Below, piece by piece: positions 23,101 through 33,800 of a stretch of DNA of 64,000 nt (position 1 is the first letter of the stretch; each line of letters opens with the position of its first letter). The translations under genes were made by a program, and so were the position numbers. Origin of the DNA: Hormiphora californensis (Eukaryota; Animalia; Ctenophora); the NCBI GenBank assembly GCA_020137815.1, contig CM035352.1, positions 5,146,001 through 5,210,000 on the forward strand, read 5' to 3'. The notes below the pieces were generated by a model. The model was not told where the DNA came from. It worked only from the letters and a program-made list of their open reading frames with translations, and did not search any database.

Positions 23101-26100
23101 ATATCTCGGATGGTAATTAGGTCTCTATCAAAGAGACTCTGTTATCCACTTACCTATCTTTGAAGTTATCTTGGTATAATCAATGTTCTGTAGCCTGTTC
23201 CTTCAGTTTTGCAGTGTACTGCTGATGTATAGGACCACCAGGAGGAGCCTGCATCAGCTGTTCGCATCCGAGGTTTCAGCAGCATCTGAATGTAAACAAT
23301 GTTTGGTTATCTAATAGTCAACATGATCAATGATTTTCTAGAATCTAGCTGCTGTATTGCAGGGTGTGAACTGCATGTCGTGTTTGCTAGTCGCGAGCGC
23401 GCTTGCGAGACAAGCAAACACGTCAAGGTTCATTAACAAGCATGCTGCTCAGTCATTTTAGATTTAATACACAATGTAAGGATACCATGTAATAGGTGAG
23501 ACTCTTGCCGTCACCCTCGTTCAAGTCCCGTGAAAAACGGAGCAGTACACGCAAACTGATGCCCATTTTCCTCGCGTGACCCCGATTCAGCAGTTTGAGA
23601 CACCAACTCTTTAGGGGGCCATATCTCAGGAACCAGACAAGATAGGAAAAATCGCCGTCTAACGAGGCGTACAGTTTTTAATCTAGTTTACCACTGTACC
23701 GGCCGTTTCACTCTCCGACCTAAAACAAAAATCGCAACCCCACAAAACTTCAAAATAATGAAATTCGCATCTCGCATGTCGTGTTGCATGTCGTGTTGCA
23801 TGTCGTGTCATGTTATTGACGCGCTGGCGTTCAACTCTCACACAGCAGCTGCAGAACATGGCGGGAAACATCGAGGAGTAGAGAGAGGGTCGGTGCCGAA
23901 TAAAATATTTCTTGATCTTGATATACTCCATCTCTCAGCTATCCTACCCCTCATCAACTCGATCTCTCAGCTACCCTACCCCTCATCTACTCCATCTTTC
24001 AGCTACCCTACCCCTCATCTACTCCATCTTTCAGCTACCCTACCCCTTATCTAGTCCATCTCTCAGCTACCCTACTCCTCATCTACTCCATCTCTCAGCT
24101 TCCCTATTAGGGAAGCATAGAGATGGAAACGATTAGGGGTAGGGAATCCCTATCCATAATCGTTTCCATCTCTATGCTTCCCTAGCCCTCATCAACTCCA
24201 TCTTTCAGCTACCCTACCCCTAATCTAGTCCATCTCTCCGCTACCCTACTCCTCATCTACTCCATCTCTCAGCTACCCTACCTCCCATTTACTCCATCTC
24301 TCAGCTACCCTACCTCCCATTTACTCCATCTCTCAGCTTCCCTACCTCCCATTTGCTCCATCTCTCAGCTTCCCTACCTCCCATTTACTCCATATCTCAG
24401 CTTCCCTACCTCCCATTTACTCCATCTCTCAGCTACCCTACCTCCCATTTACTCCATCTCTCAGCTTACCTACCTCCCATTTACTCCATCTTCCAGCTTC
24501 CCTACCTCCCATTTACTCCATCGCTTACCTTCCCTACCTCCCATTTACTCCATCTCTCAGCTTCCCTACCTCCCATTTACTCCATCTCTCAGCTTCCCTA
24601 CCTCCCATTTACTCCATCTCTCATTTATCCTAACATTCCTACCCCTGAGAGATGGAGTAAATGGGAGGTAGGGAAGCTGAGAGATGGAGTAAATGGGAGG
24701 TAGGGAAGCTGAGAGATGGAGTAAATGGGAGGTAGGAAAGCTGAGAGATGGAGTAAATGGGTGGTAGGGTAGCTGAGAGATAGAGTAAATGGGAGGTAGG
24801 GAAGCTGAGGGATGGAGTAAATGGGAGGCAGGGAAGCTGAGAAATGGAGTAAATGGGAGGTAGGGAAGCTGAGAGATGGATCAAATGGGAGGTAGGGAAG
24901 CTGAGAGATGGAGTAAATGGAAGGTAAGGTAGCTGAGAGATGGAGTAAATGGGAGGTAGGGAAGCTGAGAGATGGAGTAAATGGGAGGTAGGGAAGCTGA
25001 GAGATGGAGTAAATGGGAGGTAGGGTAGGTGAGAGATGGAGTACTAAATGAGAGGTAGGGAAGCTGAGAAATGGAGTAAATGGGAGGTAGGGAAGCTGAG
25101 AGATGGATCAAATGGGAGGTAGGGTAGCTGAGGGATGGAGTAAATGGGAGGTAGGGAAGCTGAGAGATGGAGTAAATGTGAGGTAGGGTAGCTGAGAGAT
25201 GGAGTAAATGGGAGGTAGGGAAGCTGAGAGATGGAGTAAATGGGAGGTAGGGTAGCTGAGAGATGGAGTAAGTAAATGAGAGGTAGGGAAGCTGAGAAAT
25301 GGAGTAAATGGGAGGTAGGGAAGCTGAGAGATGGATCAAATGGGAGGTAGGGTAGCTGAGGGATGGAGTAAATGGGAGGTAGGGAAGCTGAGAGATGGAG
25401 TAAATGGAAGGTAGGTAAGCTGAGAGATGGAGTAAATGGGAGGTAGGGTATCTGAGAGATGGAGTAAATGGCAGGTAGGGAAGCTGAGATATGGAGTAAA
25501 TGGGAGGTAGGTAAGCTGAGAGATGGAGTAAATGGGAGGTAGGGAAGCTGAGAGATGGAGTAAATGGGAGGTAGGGTAGCTGAGAGATGGAGTAAATGGG
25601 AGGTAGGGTAGCTGAGAGATGGAGTAGATGAGGAGTAGGGTAGCGGAGAGATGGACTAGATTAGGGGTAGGGTAGCTGAAAGATGGAGTTGATGAGGGCT
25701 AGGGAAGCATAGAGATGGAAACGATTATGGATAGGGATTCCCTACCCCTAATCGTTTCCATCTCTATGCTTCCCTAATAGGGAAGCTGAGAGATGGAGTA
25801 GATGAGGAGTAGGGTAGCTGAGAGATGGACTAGATAAGGGGTAGGGTAGCTGAAAGATGGAGTAGATGAGGGGTAGGGTAGCTGAAAGATGGAGTAGATG
25901 AGGGGTAGGGTAGCTGAGAGATCGAGTTGATGAGGGGTAGGATAGCTGAGAGATGGAGTATATCAAGATCAAGAAATATTTTATTCGGCACCGACCCTCT
26001 CTTTTATTTTCACAACAGAAAGGCTGTTAGCTTTCTTCTGCGTGTTTCATGAACGGTCGATAGCAGCTTGAAGAGATAGCGAGTAGTGTTTCGTGCCGGT

Positions 26101-27651
26101 AGGAAGCCCTCTTGTTCCTCATCTGGTATTGATTCCATGGCGCAAAGATCTTTAATTCTTTTGTCCATAACCCTTTCAAGCATCTTTCCGATGTACGATG
26201 ATATTGTGATGGGTCGGAAGGAACCTGGTTTTACATAGGACGACTTTCCAGGTTTCTGGATGAATGTAACGTAGGAAGAGTTCCACAGCCATCGACCCAG
26301 CTTTAGGCATCTCGAAAACATATCGGCTAAGTACTGCACAGTTCTGTGGCGAAGGTGTTTCAGCATGGTTGGGTGGATACCATCTCCGTCCCAGGCTTTA
26401 CCACTCGCTTTCATAGAGCTGATGGCTGCTGATACTTCGTCGGCTGCTACTGGGCGATTGAGTTGATCCTCCGGGTCGTGATGATCGTCATCCTCTATCT
26501 CGTTCTTCAAACGAGCATAATCCTCAGTTATTCCGTCGAGGTGAACATCGTCAAAATCCTCACCTTGTAGGTGTTTACCAGTAAAGTAGGCATCAAAGAG
26601 GATGAGATCTTTTTCAGAGTCAAGGTGTAGAAGATCTCCGTTTTGGTTTTCTAAACATCCAATACTGTAAAACTAGATATTTTCGAGGCAATTAATTTTC
26701 GCGATTCGATCAAAATTTACTATTTTCGCGATTTTAATTTTCGCTAATCCCACTGCTACCCCCATTTCACGGTCCTAGTCTATTGTCTAATTACGCCAAG
26801 AGTGCAGTCATCATTGCCATGAGACACCAGACCTGCTTGGCGTAGACCAATGAAATGTGAGCATTTTCTCATTGCTGATTGGCTCTAAGAGATAGCCAAT
26901 CAGGGATGAGACAGAAAAGGCTCACATCTCATTGGCTTACAACTCCTACTGAATCCCTTGCCACGTATAAGAGCAGTGGTCACATGACCATTATTTTCTG
27001 TAAAAAATCGTCCAAAATATTTTCGCGGAATTAATTTTCGCGGATTTTCCAGCCAAAAATAAAGAGCGAAAATAAAAATCTCACGAAAATTTCTAGTTTT
27101 ACAGTAGTATTCTCCTCTTTGGCAAGGAACATTCTGCGATATTGCTCCCAGAATTCACTGCATTCTTGGACATTGAGACCGTTTAGTCGCTGGTGAATCC
27201 ACTCGTTTTTCTTCTTAATCAGCGCCTCCTTGAAAATATCTTTGGCTTGCTCCACTGCTTCTTTGTTGGTATTAGTTCTTCTATAGCGCAGCCTTTTCTG
27301 AGCATCTCTGAGTTTTACAGACAACTCTGACAATTCAGGAGTCCAAAATGGCCGGGAATGTTTGCAAATAGTCAACATGATCAATGATTTTCTAGAATCT
27401 AGCTGCTGTATTGACTATTGAGTAATGATAAATGAATAATAATAAGCTATATATGTGAAATAATAACTGAATGCCGAATGGTACTATGTGGAAGTTGTAC
27501 CTGCAGCTGTAGGTTTATCATCAGGAACTATTTCCGGGGTGGTATCTGATGGAACTGCTGCAGTCTCAGCGGCGGCAGGTTCCATTCCCTCAGATTGCAG
27601 TGTTATGTTTGTACTGCGATAAGGCTGTTCGGATCCCCATAAACTAAACAT
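20139..27651 (-). CDS. SYAP1: Synapse-associated protein 1 (BSD domain)
   Basis: About 10 exons (27651-27501, 23285-23154, 23019-22895, 22748-22614, 22372-22232, 21562-21480, about 21193-21115, 20941-20878, 20486-20372, 20228-20139). They encode [38 protein letters not shown]...[32 protein letters not shown] and an acidic C-terminus, as in SYAP1/Sap47. Confidence 0.92.
20497..20792. mobile_element. MITE (AGTCGA..TCGACT termini; Kolobok-like)
   Basis: TIR AGTCGAATTTTTTATTTAAGCGACAGGCCGCCGCGCATTCAAAG at both ends; left flank TTAA. Confidence 0.85.
21780..21905 (+). mobile_element. Helitron-like 3' terminus
   Basis: Hairpin GCGCACCC-AAT-GGGTGCGC running into CTAG|T. A TCTATATTATAA...GTCCGTC stretch resembling a Helitron 5' end follows at about 21960. 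Confidence 0.45.
23882..26002. repeat. Foldback palindrome whose arms are a 32-bp minisatellite (CTCCATCTCTCAGCTTCCCTACCTCCCATTTA)
   Basis: Left arm 23882-about 24622, right arm about 24646-26002 in inverted orientation. Identical unique outer ends (AGAGAGGGTCGGTGCCGAATAAAATATTTCTTGATCTTGA); unequal unit numbers. Confidence 0.9.
26010..27366 (-). mobile_element. Non-LTR retrotransposon ORF2 fragment (tether + start of RT), interrupted by a MITE
   Basis: [48 protein letters not shown]. The frame is restored (EENT-IGCL) when the MITE is removed. Confidence 0.9.
26665..27104. mobile_element. TA-target MITE inside the LINE fragment
   Basis: TA|CTGTAAAACTAGA ... TCTAGTTTTACAG|TA with subterminal TAATTTTCGC repeats. 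Confidence 0.9.
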
Positions 27652-28274
27652 GTCGTGTCGAGTCAGACATGCTAAAAATACAGAAATGTCACTGTCTTGG
27701 GACTTGGTCCAAAATTTACGGATTTCTCTCTTTCGCTGCTCAACTTTTTCACGTATCTCTATTTCTTATTATAATAATCCCCAACTGCGACATCTCTGGG
27801 GGACGTCTCCAGACCGGATTCCAACGAAAACGGAAAAATGAAAGTCCGATTTTTGGAGGTTCCGATTTGAAAATAAAAAGCTAAAGTCCGTTTCAAGCGA
27901 CTTGACCCGTAATTCTTGGAATTTGGCGCATTGCGCGTGTATTTACAAAGGGGAAATCCTGAATTTCCAGGAATCTCAGGTCAAGTCGTTTGAAACGGCC
28001 AGCGTTAAAATCCGGGTGTTTCGTGAGTGCTGACAAACGGTTTTTTAGGGTTAGGGCTAAAGTGGGGTTAGGGTTAGGGTTGGGGTTTGGGTTGGGGTTA
28101 GGCCTTGACATTCCCTCATCATCATCATCAACAATATTTATTATCCCGCTTTATAGCATATATTTGTAAGATAACACTTAAAAAAGAAAAACTTTACGGC
28201 TACCTTACTGCTTTCAAAAGCGGTTTATCAGTATACATGATCTGTATATATTGCTAGATCAAGTGTTTATATGA

Positions 28275-29219
28275 TTAGTTGTCCCTTGGTGCTACTAACA
28301 CCCTCTTTCCACGGATTATATAGTGGGTTCCAGGGGACTGTTTCACCTTCTCCTTCAGTTCACTTACTAGCTGTTTCCGTTCTCTCCGTTCTTCAACAGT
28401 TCTATCAGGAGAAAGAAATACTTTTCCAAACTTGTCGTTCCCTTTCAGCAGGGATTTCTTCGACATTATTGACATTTGAGCGTCTCTACTCCTCAGCACG
28501 ACTTTTACAGGTCTTGCAGATGAAGACTGCTTTCCTAAGCGCTCGGCAGATTTCACTTTCGGAGCCTCTTCAAGCTCACTGAAAAGAGACTTAATCTGAG
28601 TTTCAAGCTCAACACCATTTACATGGTCTTTCAACTCTTCCAATCCATGAATTATGATGTTACACCCACGGTCCTCCGAGGCTGCCACGATAGCCGATTG
28701 AATCTTCTTTGGAGCCAGGGCCGAAGCACACTCCTTCTCCAAAATGGATGCGAAGCTCTTCATTTCTTCCTGTGCCGTTGACTGCACAGCTGTTATTTCA
28801 ACCTCCCTCTTCTCAAGTAACTGCCTCTGGATCTTCAGTAGTTCCTCTTGTGCCGCTACAAGATCTCTTTGGGTTTTGATTAGCTCTTTACTCTGCAATT
28901 TGAGCTCTTTCTCTAACTGTTCAATCTTCAGGGTTTCGTAACCCACCGTAGACAACTGTTCGGTAACTGGGAAGCTCTGTTCTATCAGAATACGGCATGC
29001 ACCCTCCACAAGGTCTAGAAGCACTGGCTTGTTCAATGCATTCAGTTTGTTCCTGGAGGGAACTTTCAGATCATCCCATACGTCCTCTGTCTGCTGTCCG
29101 TACTTCACTCGGCTCGGGTCAATTTCACCGAACCCACCGGTCAGCGTTAGTATCTCGCTTACCCACTCCACGGTTCGTTCTTGACAATCTTCAATCTTCA
29201 AAATAGTTTGACTAGTCAT
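28275..29219 (-). CDS. CR1/L2-group non-LTR retrotransposon ORF1 protein (coiled coil + RRM + CTD)
   Basis: Intact 314-aa ORF with coiled coil, NIIIHGLEE, RLGK..RPVKV, VFLSPDRT.EERRERK.LV.EL. Confidence 0.85.
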   Translation of the reverse strand: MTSQTILKIEDCQERTVEWVSEILTLTGGFGEIDPSRVKYGQQTEDVWDDLKVPSRNKLNALNKPVLLDLVEGACRILIEQSFPVTEQLSTVGYETLKIEQLEKELKLQSKELIKTQRDLVAAQEELLKIQRQLLEKREVEITAVQSTAQEEMKSFASILEKECASALAPKKIQSAIVAASEDRGCNIIIHGLEELKDHVNGVELETQIKSLFSELEEAPKVKSAERLGKQSSSARPVKVVLRSRDAQMSIMSKKSLLKGNDKFGKVFLSPDRTVEERRERKQLVSELKEKVKQSPGTHYIIRGKRVLVAPRDN

Positions 29220-29280
29220 GTCGAGACATCCACATTATAAATAAACGCTTCAGCCTCTCTGAACTCATTCGGCTTTGCAA

Positions 29281-29793
29281 CTAGAAGTCCGTGCCCCGGC
29301 TCAGGGCATAGTCCAACAAGGAGTTTCCATGAACACACGAGTACCCCCTGGTTGGTGGTCTATCAGCAATGCCCCTGAGGTACCCTCCCAGTACAACCTT
29401 GAGTTCATCGATATTCCCGGCGTCCTTGACACATTTAGGAAGAGTGTTCCATAGTTTCGCCCCAAGAACCGAAAAAGAGTTTTCAAACATAGTGGACGCC
29501 GACCTTTGTGCCCCATGATTGAATTTTGGGATCACTGCCCGTGCCCCGTAACGAGGGGTGTCCTTGAAATCAAAACCGGGTCCGTTTGGGGCTAGTCCCT
29601 TACAGATTTTGAACATGTGGATAAGGACATAGCGCTCCCTGCGCCTCTGCAGGGACTGTAAATCAAGGAAAGCAAGTCTCTCCCAGTAGTCCAAGTTTTG
29701 ACACCCTAGGATACAGTATCGGATGTTTTCCTCTTCTACGTCTGTTCCTTGCAGGTAGATCCGCGTTTCCTCTTCATTATCGGAGCTTCCCAT
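29281..29793 (-). CDS. ORF made of the C-terminal region of a CR1/L2-group ORF2 with a short acidic N-terminus
   Basis: LDYWERLAFLDLQSLQRRRERY.LI.MFKI.KGL, SFSV.GAKLWNTLP, YL..I.D.P...GY.....NSL; no RT core. Confidence 0.8.
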   Translation of the reverse strand: MGSSDNEEETRIYLQGTDVEEENIRYCILGCQNLDYWERLAFLDLQSLQRRRERYVLIHMFKICKGLAPNGPGFDFKDTPRYGARAVIPKFNHGAQRSASTMFENSFSVLGAKLWNTLPKCVKDAGNIDELKVVLGGYLRGIADRPPTRGYSCVHGNSLLDYALSRGTDF

Positions 29794-30895
29794 TTTCTTG
29801 CTGCCCTCTTGGGCTCTTACATAGACATTTGCTGAAACTCAATAAATAGTTTTACGTTGTAGTTGATGAAAGTTTGAAACTCCCTACCAGATAAACTTTG
29901 AATCAGCCAAAACGGTTGAGTGGTTTAGCGGTTAGAGCCATTTTAGTGAATCAACTTTTTTGGCAGCGCGCACCTGTAAACAGGCCACCAAACACCCAGA
30001 TCGTAACGGCGCCCGTTTGAAACGGAAAACGTTAAAATCTGGGTGCCTTTCATTGCTAACAATTCGTAGTTTTAGCGCGCGCGACGGGTTAGGGCTATCC
30101 GTTAGGGTCTGGTTAGGGTTTGGTTTGGGGTTATCGGTTAGGGCTATCGATTCTCTATCAGTTACCGTTTAGTTTACTCAAATTGGCCATGTGGTTACGT
30201 GGCTATAGCCGTTTGAAAAAAGTCGGTCTAAGTATACTCTTTTGGCAGCGCGCACCTGTAAACACGCTGCAAGGCACCCAGATTATAATCGCGCCCGTTT
30301 GAAACGCACTTTAAAATCATTATCAGTAAGGTGTAAAAAACTACGACTCCAAATCACGCGCAAAATGGAACACGCGAGCTTTGTCCAGATCGAAATCGTA
30401 AAAGCGCTGCTGAATTAACGCCGCGCGGAATGAATTCGGCCGAAACAGAAAAACCTCAGAAACTCAGAAATCTTGTGTTTCTCCACAAAATTTCTGATTT
30501 AAAAAAGTTCAGTCATCCGTGTGACAAGCACCCCGCTGCAAAGTGCACTGTACAAACCCAGCGGGCCTCAAACAGTGAATTTACCCTACAAGGGCCTTTA
30601 TCCCGCGCTGGGGTCTGGGCATATTCCAAATAAACCGGAGCCCGGATCTGGCGGTCCTAGTGAGTACTGAGTAGTTGGCTTACCGCTTAATAATGCATGG
30701 TCATATGGCTCGACTCCTTTTTCTAGCCGCTAAGGGAGATTTGTTGACTGTGGACTTAAGTTTCGGTTTGGAGGACTCGCCTGGGCCCTGGGGCCTGGCT
30801 GTTCAATATTATTCTCATTTACTGCCTTCCTAATTCCTCAAAGCTTCAATATTAATATAACACTATTGTAGCTATGTCATGTTAACAGTGGCGAT

Positions 30896-33800
30896 ATGAT
30901 TGAAAATGACATTTTAACATTTTACAGGGAAATATCTAAAGAGGTAAGGGTTTAATTTCACTAAGTTATAAAGATGCATTGTCATGTTCTAACCCTCCCG
31001 GCGCCCGAAACACAGTCTAGCCAGGCAAAAGATGCAAACAATGTGGTAACGTGAGGTCACCTTTTTTAGCGAGTTTTGGTGCTAGTTAACACAACAGTTG
31101 ACGCGTTGTGTGCTTGGAAGATCCTACAATCTTTACTGCACATTGACAATGTCCAGTACACTCTTATTCCCGTTGATGGTAGAGCTCACCTAGAGAATGC
31201 CTTCAGGACCCACTCAGACCAGGTATAGAGAGTGAGTAAAATAGTTTGTACTCTGACCACTCAGACCAGGTATAGAGAAAGAAAATTTTTAGGTAGAGTG
31301 CATTGAAAAATGCAGCGTAACAATCAAAAACTCCAGATTCCTATTCCTCTTCCTGTCTAATGATACCCGGACTCCTGATCAGACTACTGACATAACCTTC
31401 TCTTCCCAGAATACGACAGTGGTGCTGATAGACTGCGGTGGGAACTTTAACGTTACAGAGTTGTTGGAGCCCCTGCCTGACTCCCAGATATATGTTCTGG
31501 ACAGCCACCTGCCCTTCCATCTGGATAATCTGTATGATGGGGAGGTGGTGAAGGTTGTTATTAGCGAGGCACACGATCTGGAGGTCCCCCGGTAAGGAGG
31601 GGGATATTAGGGATAGGAGTGGGATATCTGGAAGGGGGTATTTTAGGGACAGACGATGGGGGTATGTGAGAGACAGAGGTATGTTAGTGTCAGGGGGTAT
31701 GTGAGAGACAGAGGTATGTTAGTGTCAGGGGGTATGTTAGGAAGGAAGTCGCAAAACAGTTTTACCAGTTTATCTAACACACTACAATGGTGCGTGTGTT
31801 ACTAAAATACAAGTGTATGACACCATGTGTGTATAACGTATAATGAAAACATAATGTTGTAACTAAAATACACCTCTCTAGGTATGAAGACGTGTATGAA
31901 GAAGATAGCGATGATGAGGGTGAACCGGGCAGGAAACGGAGAAGAGAAGAGGAGGATGAAGATGAGGATTCCCTCCTCCCCAGGAAGGAACGATGGAAGA
32001 GAAAGAGAGAGGAACTACTTTATTCTTACTATGAACTAGCCGGTATATTTCCAACTCTCCTATCATAGGTGTTTCCCCGTGCATCACATGTTCCCCTTTC
32101 TTGGTTTCATCTAGGCTTGTTAAAATCCTCACTACAACATTTCATCTCACTTCTGACTTTTATCTATAACTCCATCTCCTCCCTCCTCCCCAGGTTACGG
32201 TGTGTCAGTCTCCCACATGATGTATGAATTAGCCTGGAAGCTGTCCCGGGACAACCTCCAATTCCTCTGGTGGGCAGTGGTGGGTGTAACTGAACAGTTG
32301 ATGTGTGCAAGGATCAGCCGGGACCAGTATGTATCTACATTTGCATCCCTTCAACAACATGTTCAGAGACTCAATGGTGCAGGGGCTGGGGATGTCAGTG
32401 TTAACGAAATGAAAATCAGGTAAGGTAATGATCATTTTTGCAAGTTTCTGTTAGTTGGTCATCATAGATGCTGATCCAAAATTTTACAAAGGAAAGATGC
32501 AGAACGGTATTATATAGTCCTTCAATATAGTTTTTATTTTCTATTTAGTATTCATTCCTAGAATGCTCATAACTTGATGCTCTAACACTCAGTTTTCTTT
32601 CCAGATATACGAACGAGTTGAGGTTGGATTTGTATAGACATTGGACACTCATGGAATCCCTCAAAGTATCCCCATACACTGCCACTCGATTCAGGTAAGA
32701 GAGACAACTTCCCTAGATTCAGTTTTTATTTAATTTTGGTTTTATGAAAGCTAGTAATTCAGAGAGCCTCGTTTTCCAGGATTTGGACTACGAAAGGTAA
32801 GAAGAAGCTGAATGAGTTTCTGGCTGACATGGGTCTCCCTCTTATGCAATGTAACCAAATGTTTGGCAGTATGGATATGGAGATTAGGAAGGATGTCTGC
32901 AACTGGATTGAGGTAAAATTTGTCCCACAAAAGACCTTGGTTACGAAGTCACCCCTAATATTTCGCGCCCACTGGGGCGCTCGCGCAGAGGGATAATTTC
33001 ATTACCAACAAAAGACTGTCCTTTCCGAATTGATAAAGTAATCCCATCTATATATTAGGGTGATTCATAATGATTGATCCTTGGTTATTTCACTAAGAAA
33101 TACTTGTCAGAATGAGATGCGGGTTGTTTTATCGGGTCAAGGAGACGAAATATAGCTGATTAGCACATTAATTATCTGATTTTACGGTCAATAGCATTTT
33201 TGTGCCGATATTTGCAAAATTTGGTCTGGTTAGCGTCTCACTTCCCGTTTTTGGGCACCTAAAGTCAGCAAATCGTTTCAAATTGTCTGAAAACTTCACT
33301 AAACGATAGCGTCAATACCATTTAAACAAGAAACATGTTTTTTGTTTCCAGTTGGAGGCTAATTTTTTTGTAGAGTGCAAAATTACTCGTAAAAATAAGA
33401 AAATTATGATCTGAAAAACAGCAATTTTGGACGTCAGTTTAAAAAAACCATACCTATCAAAGATAACGAATGATAACATCAATATCATTATTGATACACC
33501 TTAGCAATGGTTTGATCTAAGCTTTCTAGTACTTGAAATGTCAATTTATGAATATTTGGTCTGGCAAGCGCTGCCGGAAGTCAAAAGACGAAAAAATAAC
33601 GCCATTTCTTAAAACCCTTGCCAGAGCCGAGTTTTAAATTTTTGTTGTTCTATTTTGGGCTCATTTTAAAGCTAAGGCTATGGTCAAAGATATTGATTCG
33701 GTCACATATCAATAAACACTAAGATTTTAACGCCAGAACTTGAAATGTGACACCCCATTTTCTGAAGTGAGATTGCACCTTCGACAACACTTAATATTTC

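Larger units (their letters stand above)
27882..30313. mobile_element. TIR element with telomere-like tracts, split by a LINE-derived insertion
   Basis: TAAAGTCCGTTTCAAGCG ... CGTTTGAAACGCACTTTA ends; halves are collinear with the copy at 4045-4540. Confidence 0.7.

Noticed and set aside
23912-25972. ORFs with [18 protein letters not shown] repeats; CRISPR-like periodicity
   Set aside because: These are translations of a 32-bp minisatellite. There are no unique spacers and no cas genes.
28040-28105. Telomere or interstitial telomere (also about 4080-4280 and 30085-30145)
   Set aside because: Degenerate GGGTTA tracts are internal parts of a dispersed TIR element.
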